A stretch of 64,000 bases of DNA. It comes from an uncultured Thermoleophilaceae bacterium (GTDB lineage Bacteria > Actinomycetota > Thermoleophilia > Solirubrobacterales > Thermoleophilaceae). This document shows positions 37,810 through 45,977 of the stretch, one piece after another. How positions within the stretch are numbered: the first letter of the stretch is position 1; every line of letters begins with the position of its first letter. A program made the position numbers and the translations under genes. The notes below the pieces were generated by a model. The model made no database searches. It had not been told where the DNA came from and saw nothing but the letters and a program-made list of their open reading frames with translations. The DNA lies in NCBI GenBank assembly GCA_963790245.1, contig CAWBNP010000002.1, positions 1,101,625 to 1,165,624 on the forward strand, in the 5' to 3' direction.

Positions 37810-40059
37810 CTACCCGTGCCGCGCCGCCGCTACGGCCGCCTGCCCGTAGGAGATACCGCCGTCGTTCGGCGGCAGCCGCACCGGACGCAGTACCTGGAGC
37901 CCGGGTCCGAGAAGCGCCTCGCTCGTTCGCTCCAGCAGCAAGCGGTTCTGGAACACCCCGCCCGACAGGGCGACCGTGTCGAGACCACTCCCCTCGGCGA
38001 GCCTCGTGCACGCAGCAGCGATCCCGGCCGCGAGGCCGTTGTGGAAGCGTGCCGCGATCAGCGCAAGGTCGATCCCAGCGTCCCGATCGGCGACCAGCTC
38101 GCGCAGCAGGGAACGGGGGTCCAGGACGAGCGGCTCGCCGCCACCCAGCTCGAGCCCGTAAGCCGATCGCTCGGCGAGGTCGGCGGCAGCTTCGAGCTCC
38201 GCCGCCGCCTGGCCCTCGTAGCTGACCTCGACACGCAGGCCGAGCAGCGCCGCGACGGCGTCGAACAGGCGGCCGGCGCTCGAGGTGAGCGGCGAGGCGA
38301 TGCCGCTCCGGGCGAGCTCGGCGACCTGCGCCCAGCGCGCCGGATCGATTCCCGGCAGCGGTGCCGCCGGCTCCCCGTAGGCGGCCTCGAGCCAGACGCA
38401 CGCCATCCGCCACGGCTCGTGGATTGCGCGCTCGCCACCGGGCATCGCGACCGGCAGCAGGTGTCCGGCGCGCTCGCAGTCGGCGAGGCCGCCGATCAGT
38501 AGCTCCCCTCCCCAGACCGTCCCGTCCTCGCCATAACCGGTCCCGTCGAAGACGACACCGATCGCAGGACCGGGCTCCCCGTGCTCGGCCAGGCAGGCGG
38601 CGAAGTGGGCGTGATGATGCTGGACGCCGATCGTCTCCAGTCCGTAGAGCTCGAGCGCGTGCTTGGTGGACAGATACTCGGGATGGAGATCGTGGACGAC
38701 GAGCTCGGGCCGTACGTCGAAGACACGTTGGAAGTGCTCGACCCCCGAGCGGAAGGACGCCAGCGTCTCCCAGTTCTCGAGATCGCCGATGTGGTGTGAG
38801 ACCCAGGCACGCCGTCCCTTTGCCACGCAGAACGTGTTCTTCAGCTCGGCGCCGACAGCTAGCAGCGGCCGCTCGCTCGGAGCCGGTAGTTCGATCGCTC
38901 CCGGCACGTATCCGCGCGCGCGGCGGATGACCAGGGGACCCTGGCCGGTAGCCCGCACGACGGAGTCGTCGGTGCGGATGTGGATCGGCCGATCGTGGAC
39001 CAGCAACAGGTCGGCGATCGGATCAAGCCGCTCGCGGGCATCCTCGTCCTCGAAGGCGATCGGCTCGTCCGAGCGGTTGCCGCTCGTCATGACGAGCGGC
39101 GCTTCGCCGGCGTGCAGCAGCAGGTGGTGCAGCGGCGTGTAGGGGAGCATCACCCCGAGGTCGCTCGTGCGCGGCGCCACCGATCGGGCGACCGCCGCGG
39201 CGCGGCGGCGGCGCGCGATGACGATCGGGCGCTCACGGCCGACCAGAAGCTGCTCGTCCGCTGGGCCGAGCTCGACGAGCGCGCGCGCGGCATCGAGGTC
39301 CTGGGCCATCAGCGCGAATGGCCGATCCTCGCGGTGCTTGAGAGCACGCAGCGCCGACACTGCGGCCTCGTCTGTCGCCACACACGCGAGGTGGTACCCG
39401 CCGAGACCCTTGATCGCGAGGATCCGCCCGGCCGCCAGCGCCGTCGACGCGGTGGCGATCGGGTCCCCGGGGCTGCCGCCGACCAGCCGCACCGAGGGCC
39501 CGCAGTCCGCGCACGCGATCGGCTGCGCGTGGAAGCGGCGATCGACGGGGTCCTCGTACTCGGCGCGGCATCGCGCGCACATCTCGAAGCCGGCCATCGT
39601 CGTCAGCGGCCGGTCGTAGGGAACGCCCCGCACGATCGTGAAACGCGGCCCGCAGTTGGTGCAGTTGATGAACGGATAGCGGTGGCGACGGTCCGCGGGG
39701 TCGAATAGCTCGCGCAGGCAGTCCTCACAGGTCGCGCTGTCGGGGGCGACGAGCGCATCGGGGATGCCGCCAGGCGGGCTGGCGCGGATTTCGAAAGCCG
39801 CATCGCCGAGCGGGGAGCGCCGCTCGGTCGAGACGGACTCGATCGCCGCCAGCGGCGGGGCCTCGGCCGGCAGCCGATCCAGAAAGACAGCGACCACCGG
39901 ATCGGGGCCCTCGACCTCCAGCAGCACGCCGTGCTCGTCGTTGAGCACCCAGCCCGACAGCCCCAGACCGCCCGCGAGTTTGAACACGAACGGCCGGAAG
40001 CCGACGCCCTGCACCGTCCCCTCGACGCGCGCACGGACGCGCACGCGGTCAGCCCGCAA
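37810..40059 (-). CDS. hypF: [NiFe]-hydrogenase maturation carbamoyltransferase HypF
   Basis: Acylphosphatase-like N-terminus (VEGTVQGVGFRPFV), two CxxC-x18-CxxC zinc fingers, YrdC-like and Kae1-like domains, 749 aa. The start is TTG 40059 or GTG 40044. Confidence 0.9.
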   Translation of the reverse strand: MRADRVRVRARVEGTVQGVGFRPFVFKLAGGLGLSGWVLNDEHGVLLEVEGPDPVVAVFLDRLPAEAPPLAAIESVSTERRSPLGDAAFEIRASPPGGIPDALVAPDSATCEDCLRELFDPADRRHRYPFINCTNCGPRFTIVRGVPYDRPLTTMAGFEMCARCRAEYEDPVDRRFHAQPIACADCGPSVRLVGGSPGDPIATASTALAAGRILAIKGLGGYHLACVATDEAAVSALRALKHREDRPFALMAQDLDAARALVELGPADEQLLVGRERPIVIARRRRAAAVARSVAPRTSDLGVMLPYTPLHHLLLHAGEAPLVMTSGNRSDEPIAFEDEDARERLDPIADLLLVHDRPIHIRTDDSVVRATGQGPLVIRRARGYVPGAIELPAPSERPLLAVGAELKNTFCVAKGRRAWVSHHIGDLENWETLASFRSGVEHFQRVFDVRPELVVHDLHPEYLSTKHALELYGLETIGVQHHHAHFAACLAEHGEPGPAIGVVFDGTGYGEDGTVWGGELLIGGLADCERAGHLLPVAMPGGERAIHEPWRMACVWLEAAYGEPAAPLPGIDPARWAQVAELARSGIASPLTSSAGRLFDAVAALLGLRVEVSYEGQAAAELEAAADLAERSAYGLELGGGEPLVLDPRSLLRELVADRDAGIDLALIAARFHNGLAAGIAAACTRLAEGSGLDTVALSGGVFQNRLLLERTSEALLGPGLQVLRPVRLPPNDGGISYGQAAVAAARHG

Positions 40060-41341
40060 GCTCGGTTAGCTCCCTGAGCGCGTGGTAGGCGGTCGCCTGC
40101 GCCTCCTGGATGCGCGGGATGTTCTCCGATTCGATTACCAGGACGTGGTCGGCGAGCTGCTCGGCGAGGATCCGCCCGCCGTCGTAGCCGACCATCGCAA
40201 CTGTCACGAGCTCACTGCGGCGTGCCTCGGCGAGCGCCTCGATCACGTTCTCGGACCCACCGCTCGTGGAGAGCGCGAGCAGCGCGTCGCCGGGCCGTCC
40301 GTAGGCGATCACCTGGCGAGCGAAGATCGCCGCCGGGCCAACGTCATTGGCGATCGCGGTGATGATCGCAGCGTCCTCGGTGAGGTCGATCGCGCGCCGC
40401 GCCGGCCAGCCCTGAGGTGCGCCGCGAAAGTCGGCGACAAGATCGATCGCGTCGGTCGCGGAGCCCCCGTTGCCGAGCACGAGCAGGGTCCCGCCGCCCT
40501 CGAACGCCGCGCGCAGGGCGGCTGCCGCAGCCTCGAGCACGGGCCGCCCGTCGAGCAGCACCCGCTCGCGCAGCTTGCCGATCTCCTCCGCCTTCAGCAA
40601 CACCGAGCGGCGGACGTCTTCGAGCACCGCATCGAGATCGTCCTGGCTCTCGGCGAGGAACGGATAGAGGAAGCTCGACGCCCCACTGTCGTGGGTGCGG
40701 CGCCGGTCTCGGCCGCCGAGCAGGCCGCGATGGTCGAAGAAGACGTGGCAGAGCTCCCAGAGCAGGTGATAGGCGGTCTCGGCGATCTCCTGGTCGACGA
40801 ACGGATCGCCCGTTGCCGGTGCCAGCTCGTGCTCTGCGCCCGCACCTGCATCGAACGCGATGCTCAGACAGCCGCGGCCGCGCGCGATCGCGAGGGCAGC
40901 AACTGTTGCGGGCTCGGCGTCGTGCGCGATCACGATGTCGTCGGCCTCCGCGACCAGCTCGACCTGCCTCGTGATCTCCCCGCCTTCGAGCGTCAGACCG
41001 ATCGCGGGCAAGGCCCGCTTGCCGACGATCACGGGGTGGACGAACTCGACGGCGACGTGGCGGACATCAGAGCGCGACTGGGGCGTGACGCCGAGTGCGA
41101 TCAGCCGGCCGCCGCGCGCGAACCGCTCGGCCATCTCGTGGCAGAGCCGTGCCAGCCGCTCGGCGTGCGCGTCGAAGAACCCACCGCTGCTGCGCAGACG
41201 CAGGTCGAGCAGCTCGTCGAACCGACCCGCTACGCGGTCGCTAAGCAGCGCTGAGCACCCGTCCCGCGACCTCCGCGAGCCAATCGGCGAACTGATCGAC
41301 CCCCTCTCCGGTTTTCGCGCTGACAAGCAGACAGCGGGCAT
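40049..41341 (-). CDS. Tandem SIS-domain protein (GmhA/phosphoheptose isomerase-like) inside the hyp operon
   Basis: The C-terminal half has canonical GmhA-like motifs (LVLGNGGSATDAIDLVADF, LLALSTSGGSENV). The N-terminal half is a degenerate SIS copy (GGRLIALGVTPQSRSDVRHVAVEF). The start is uncertain: ATG 41341 overlaps hypB by about 100 nt, and a rare CTG at 41248 is the alternative. Confidence 0.7.
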   Translation of the reverse strand: MPAVCLSARKPERGSISSPIGSRRSRDGCSALLSDRVAGRFDELLDLRLRSSGGFFDAHAERLARLCHEMAERFARGGRLIALGVTPQSRSDVRHVAVEFVHPVIVGKRALPAIGLTLEGGEITRQVELVAEADDIVIAHDAEPATVAALAIARGRGCLSIAFDAGAGAEHELAPATGDPFVDQEIAETAYHLLWELCHVFFDHRGLLGGRDRRRTHDSGASSFLYPFLAESQDDLDAVLEDVRRSVLLKAEEIGKLRERVLLDGRPVLEAAAAALRAAFEGGGTLLVLGNGGSATDAIDLVADFRGAPQGWPARRAIDLTEDAAIITAIANDVGPAAIFARQVIAYGRPGDALLALSTSGGSENVIEALAEARRSELVTVAMVGYDGGRILAEQLADHVLVIESENIPRIQEAQATAYHALRELTELAG

Positions 41342-41927
41342 CGGGGTTGACCTGCCCGACGTTGGCCACCAGCCGGTCGACGTCGAGATCGAGGTGCGGC
41401 AGCAGGTCGATCTTGTTGATCACGACCAGCTCACAGGCGCGGAACATGAGCGGGTACTTGAGCGGCTTCTCGACACCCTCCGTGACGCTCGCGACCATGG
41501 CGCGCGCGTCCTCGCCGATTCGGAATTCGGCCGGGCAGACGAGGTTGCCGACGTTCTCGACGAGCAGCAGGTCGATGTCTGAGAGCGGTAGCGACGGCAG
41601 CGCGCTGCGCACCATGTTCGCGTCGAGATGGCACTCTCCGCCAAATCCGTTACCAGTGTTGAGCTGGGTCACGGGGATGTGGAGCAGTGAGAGCCGATCT
41701 GCGTCGAAGGAGCCCTGCACGTCGCCCTCGAGCACCCCTGCGCGCAACTCGCCGAGCCCGTCGCCACCGAGGACCCGTTCGAGCAGGGTCGTCTTGCCGG
41801 CGCCCGGCGAGCTCATCAGATTCACCACGCGGACTTCCTCACGATCGAAATCGGAGCGGTTGGCTGCCGCGATCGTCGTATTCGCGTCGAGCGCGTCGCT
41901 GGCGACGGTCACCTTTGTGCGATGCAT
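41241..41927 (-). CDS. hypB: Hydrogenase nickel incorporation GTPase HypB
   Basis: P-loop MSSPGAGKTTLL and ENVGNLVCP motifs. I chose ATG 41927 (RBS AAGGAGGA) inside track ORF 41241..42134. Confidence 0.9.
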   Translation of the reverse strand: MHRTKVTVASDALDANTTIAAANRSDFDREEVRVVNLMSSPGAGKTTLLERVLGGDGLGELRAGVLEGDVQGSFDADRLSLLHIPVTQLNTGNGFGGECHLDANMVRSALPSLPLSDIDLLLVENVGNLVCPAEFRIGEDARAMVASVTEGVEKPLKYPLMFRACELVVINKIDLLPHLDLDVDRLVANVGQVNPDARCLLVSAKTGEGVDQFADWLAEVAGRVLSAA

Positions 41928-42265
41928 GCGTCCTCCTTGTCTTCGACGACGATTGACTCGACCTCGAACTCCTCGCCTGCCACCGCGCGCCCGGTGCCTC
42001 CACAGGCGCAGACAAAGACCGGGAGGTCGAGCTCCCATTCCTTTGCGCACGACTCGCAGCGCGCCCGCCCCGCGATCATCGTGTGGCGCAACTCGGCGCC
42101 CTCGCAGAGCGTGTCGCGCGCGACGATCCCCCAATAGAAGTCGAGCGAGTCGGGAACGACCTGGCGCAGCGCGCCGATCGTCATCTCCACAGCGGTCACG
42201 CGCCGGCCCGCGGCGTGCTTGAGGACCGTGCCGAGGATCGCCTCGCTCAGGGAGAGCTCGTGCAA
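41909..42265 (-). CDS. hypA: Hydrogenase nickel insertion protein HypA
   Basis: (TTG)HELSLSEAIL N-terminus and zinc site CESC...CACGG. TTG start at 42265. Confidence 0.85.
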   Translation of the reverse strand: MHELSLSEAILGTVLKHAAGRRVTAVEMTIGALRQVVPDSLDFYWGIVARDTLCEGAELRHTMIAGRARCESCAKEWELDLPVFVCACGGTGRAVAGEEFEVESIVVEDKEDACIAQR

Positions 42266-42798
42266 CGCAGCTCCTCGACGGTCTTCATGACGAGCGCGAC
42301 CGCGTCGTCGATCGCCGCCGCGACCTCGTCCGAGAGCCCGAAACCCATCTCGTCGATCTGGGCGGGTTCGCAGGAGACGACGACGACCTTGCCGGGCCAT
42401 CCGTTGACCGCCTTGATGAAGCGCAGGACGGTGCGCGGGTTCATGTCGTGTGGGTCGAGCAGTTCGCCGTCCTCGATCGGTCCCGCGAACTCCTCCTCGT
42501 CGGGTTCCATCACATACAGCGTTCCCGGTGCCTCCCCCTGGGTGCCCGCGTCGACGATCACGAGCGCGTGGTAGCCGCGCATCACCTCGTAGGCGAGGTC
42601 GAGCCCGCCGGTGCCGAAGTCGTGAACGCTGACTCCAGGCGGTAGCTCGCCCGCCTCGATCCGTCGCGCGACCTCAGGGCCGAACCCGTCGTCGGCGAGG
42701 AAGGCGTTGCCGATTCCCGCGATCAGGATCTGGGCTTCGGGCACGCGCGGGGAGACGAGTTCCTCGTTCGGATCGATCTCCGGCAGGTTCGAGGTCAC
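42247..42798 (-). CDS. [NiFe]-hydrogenase maturation endopeptidase (HupD/HoxM/HycI family)
   Basis: ILIAGIGNAFLADDGFGPEV and VIVDA motifs. GTGA overlap with the upstream gene. Confidence 0.85.
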   Translation of the reverse strand: MTSNLPEIDPNEELVSPRVPEAQILIAGIGNAFLADDGFGPEVARRIEAGELPPGVSVHDFGTGGLDLAYEVMRGYHALVIVDAGTQGEAPGTLYVMEPDEEEFAGPIEDGELLDPHDMNPRTVLRFIKAVNGWPGKVVVVSCEPAQIDEMGFGLSDEVAAAIDDAVALVMKTVEELRCTSSP

Positions 42799-43850
42799 GG
42801 GCGCAGTTCCACCTCCTTGGGCTTGAAGAACATGTAGCGGCCGCTCGAGCGCATCACGTCGGCGCCGGGATCGTCGTCGATCGTCACCGCGAGATGAACA
42901 CCCTCCTCGACATCGACGTAGATCCGCTCGATCGTCGCCGAGCGACCATTGAGCATCATGTCGTGTGGATCCCCCCCGGTGCCCAGCCGCAGGATGACCT
43001 TGCCGCCCTTCTGGAAGGTCCGGCCGTCGATCTCGATCTCGTGCTCGCCCGGCATGTTCATCGGCTCGGGCGAGGGCGTCATGACCGCATGCAGCTTGAA
43101 GATGTCCTCCGGGGTGGCGGCGGCCGCGCGCGCGATCATCTCGCGCACCGCGGGATCCTGGTCCTCGATCGACTCGAGCTCGCCGTCGCTCAGGGTCTGG
43201 ACGTGGAGCAGCAGGGCCTCCTCGATCTCGGTGCTGTCGAACAGGCCGCCGTTGCTCTGCGGTGCGAGCTGCGGATGATCGGGGAGCACGATCGCGGCGC
43301 CGAGGATCGCGCGGTCATCCTCGGAGGCGAGCACCGGGAAGGAGTTGACGTTCTCGCCGGGCGCTTCGAGCGGCGAGATGAACCGGCCTTCGGCGAGCCG
43401 CACAACCACGTGGGTCGAGAGCAGCGCCGAGCCGAGTGCGGTCGCGCGGTCGGCGTCGGGCACGTCGAAAGGCGTCAGGTTGTGGACGCACATTCGCACG
43501 CGATCGCCGTCGCGGCGCAGCCTCACCCGACCCTGTAGCTCGCCGAAGTCGAACTCCTGGCTGCCCGGCTGGTCAACGTCGATCCGCCGCGGAACGGCCT
43601 GGTGACGGTCTCCCGCGGCTTGCAGAAAGCGGACTTCGCCGCTCAGCGGCGCGTCCGCCGGCGCATCGACGCGGCAGTCGATCCGCAGGTGGTCGAAAGT
43701 CGAATCGCCGCCAGCGGCATAAGCGGTCGGGTAGATGATCCCGAACGGCGTCGGCGTCGCGTTCTTGGTCGCCGCGGGCGTGTAGGGGTAGAGCGCGTAG
43801 CCCTCGTAGAGCAACGAGGTGACGAGTTCTTCGAGCTTGGGATCCTTCAT
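42795..43850 (-). CDS. Conserved hypothetical protein of the hydrogenase operon
   Basis: 351 aa from ATG 43850 (MKDPKLEELVTSLLYEGYALYPY...). High GC3 and tight operon packing. No motif I can name. Confidence 0.7.
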   Translation of the reverse strand: MKDPKLEELVTSLLYEGYALYPYTPAATKNATPTPFGIIYPTAYAAGGDSTFDHLRIDCRVDAPADAPLSGEVRFLQAAGDRHQAVPRRIDVDQPGSQEFDFGELQGRVRLRRDGDRVRMCVHNLTPFDVPDADRATALGSALLSTHVVVRLAEGRFISPLEAPGENVNSFPVLASEDDRAILGAAIVLPDHPQLAPQSNGGLFDSTEIEEALLLHVQTLSDGELESIEDQDPAVREMIARAAAATPEDIFKLHAVMTPSPEPMNMPGEHEIEIDGRTFQKGGKVILRLGTGGDPHDMMLNGRSATIERIYVDVEEGVHLAVTIDDDPGADVMRSSGRYMFFKPKEVELRP

Positions 43851-43857
43851 CAGCTCT

Positions 43858-44508
43858 CTAGACCTCGGCCCTGGCGGCTTCCAGCAGTTCGTGTACGGCG
43901 GCCTCCAGGGACGGCAGACCACGCGCCACGCGGAAGGCGCGCAGCTCCTCGAGCGTTGCTTCGCCGAGCCGCATCACTCCGCCCTCCGGATAGTGCAGCG
44001 CGATCGTCTGCCGCCAGGTCTCGATCGGAAGCTCGAACTTCGCCTCCGAGGTCCAGGCAAGCTGGGTGATCTGCAGCCGGTCGGTTTCGCCGCGGTACAT
44101 GACGGTCCCGCTGAAGTGGAAGGTCAGTGGGACCTTGCCGCCCTGGACCGCCGAGAAATATTTGACCGCCGCGATCTCGGCGTCGATCGTCAGCGGCACA
44201 CGGATGTCGAAGCGCACCGAATCGGCAAAGCCCTGGACGAGATGCTCCTCGCGCGTCCAGAGGACACCGCGAGCGGTGTCGCCCCAGCGCTCGGGCTCGC
44301 CGAAGATCTCGCGCAGCCGCTCGCGCGTCTCCTCGCTGTAGGTCCGCTGAGCGGCCTCGATCTGGATCTGGGCCGTCAGCACGATTGCGTAGACCTCTCG
44401 CCCGGAGGTGTTGTTGGCCCGCATCTTGAACGCCAGCGTCGGGACCGCGGCACGGCGCACCGGCTCGGCGCCCAGGACCCAGAAGTCCGGCTCGGGCAGG
44501 CCGGTCAA
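43858..44508 (-). CDS. Conserved hypothetical protein of the hydrogenase operon (possibly DUF6084-type)
   Basis: 216 aa with no Cys motifs. 4-nt overlap with the upstream gene. The family name is recalled from annotations of actinobacterial hhy loci and is unverified. Confidence 0.65.
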   Translation of the reverse strand: MTGLPEPDFWVLGAEPVRRAAVPTLAFKMRANNTSGREVYAIVLTAQIQIEAAQRTYSEETRERLREIFGEPERWGDTARGVLWTREEHLVQGFADSVRFDIRVPLTIDAEIAAVKYFSAVQGGKVPLTFHFSGTVMYRGETDRLQITQLAWTSEAKFELPIETWRQTIALHYPEGGVMRLGEATLEELRAFRVARGLPSLEAAVHELLEAARAEV

Positions 44509-45140
44509 GCGCGCGCCTGGAGCTGCTCGAAGAACCCTGCGATGACGCGCTCGACGGCCGGGCCCCCTGAGAGCCCCTGCCAGTTGGCCTTGATCAGGCC
44601 GACGAGCTTGTAGGCCTCATCAGTCGGCGCGATCACATGCTGGGGCGGCTTGGCCCGTCGATTGACGAGCAACGTCTCGGCGTCGGCCTCGAGCGTCTCG
44701 AGCACGGGGTTGATCCTGGTCAGCTCGTCCCAGGCGCCGAGGTCGAGCTCGGACTCCGTGGCGCCGGCCGGACTCGGATACATCGCGACCACGTTCCCGC
44801 TGCCGCGGATGAAGAACGCGAGCCCGATCGGGATGCTGAACCGCGCCCAGATCTCATCCGGCAGGACGAACTCATCGAGCCAGAGCACGCGGTTGCCGGT
44901 CGGGCGGTACTCGGCGTCGCCCGAACGCAGCGCCCAGCAACTCTCACACGCGCAGACCATGTGGCGGTCCTCGAGGTTGAGCAGGTGGCGGTGGTCCTCG
45001 GGCATCGAGGTCCCGCAGATGTCGCAGGCCGCCTCGAGCGGCTCGGGCCCATCCGGCATCTCGCGCGCCGACAGACGCTTGAGCGCACCGATCGCCCGGG
45101 CGCGGCTGACCTCCGGGGCAGTCATGGGCTGGTCAGGCAT
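44505..45140 (-). CDS. Conserved Cys-rich hypothetical protein of the hydrogenase operon (possibly DUF5947-type)
   Basis: 211 aa from ATG 45140. Cys cluster CDICG...HRHLLNLEDRHMVCACESC. I trimmed track ORF 44505..45416. Confidence 0.65.
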   Translation of the reverse strand: MPDQPMTAPEVSRARAIGALKRLSAREMPDGPEPLEAACDICGTSMPEDHRHLLNLEDRHMVCACESCWALRSGDAEYRPTGNRVLWLDEFVLPDEIWARFSIPIGLAFFIRGSGNVVAMYPSPAGATESELDLGAWDELTRINPVLETLEADAETLLVNRRAKPPQHVIAPTDEAYKLVGLIKANWQGLSGGPAVERVIAGFFEQLQARA

Positions 45141-45977
45141 GCAGCGCCACGCGCGCGACCGATCCGTTCTCACGCAGGAGCGGCACGGGCGCGAGCTGGA
45201 TTCGATCGTCGTCGAGTGATCGTCCGGCGCGCGGCAGGAAGAACCGTCGCTCGCAGCTCGGGCAGGCCAGGACGCCCTCGCTGAGCGTGCTCGTACTGAG
45301 CGGAGCCTGGCAACCGGCGCAGGAGTCGTGGTAGGCGAGCAGCTCCCCGTCGACGTTGGCCACCACCAGCGCCTCGCCGTCGACCGTGAAAGCGCCGAGC
45401 GCTCCGGGCACGACATCGGTGGCGCCGTCGAGGTCCTGCCAGCCGGTCACCTTCGGAGGCGCGGGCGCTCCACCATTCATCATCACCATCGGCAGGCCGA
45501 CCCCCGTGAGCGCCGGGCCGGCTTCGGCGACAACCCCTTCGACCTCGATGCCGAGCAGATCGGGGGCAGCCTCCTCCAGCGCCTTCTCGACCGCGAGCTC
45601 GAGCGTCGAGGCCGACGCCGCGCAGCCGTCGCAGCTTCCGTCGAGCCGCAGGCGGGCGATCCCGTCCTCGATGCCCAGCAGCTCAACTCCTCCCCCGTGT
45701 GACTTCATGTAGGGCCTGACCTCGTCGAGCCCCCCTGGACCCGTTGCTCGAGCGGCACCGGGTGGAGGTCGTGGATCAGGAGCAGCGAAGCAACCAGATC
45801 GTCCTCGGCGAGCGCGATCCGCGTCCCCTCGTCGAGGGGCACCAGCACACGCCGAAGCCCCTCCCCGTACATCTCGAGCATCGTCGCGACCAGCTCGTCG
45901 GCCGCCCGGCTGATCGCCGGGTCGGCCGATGCCTCGATCTGGGCACTGAGCTGCCCGATTCGCTCGATCAGCGTCAC
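45133..45977 (-). pseudogene. NifU-like plus Rieske-like (4-Cys) iron-sulfur protein, HhyE-like; frame broken at a C6/G6 run (45731-45736) as assembled
   Basis: GTG 45977 overlaps the hhyL stop (GTGA). The upstream frame reads ...LLLIHDLHPVPLEQRVQGG and then stops 7 codons later. The downstream frame resumes as LDEVRPYMKSHGGGVELLGIEDG...GSCDGCAAS (NifU C-terminal signature) and ends with CAGC...CPSC in a Rieske-fold-like context. Confidence 0.75.
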
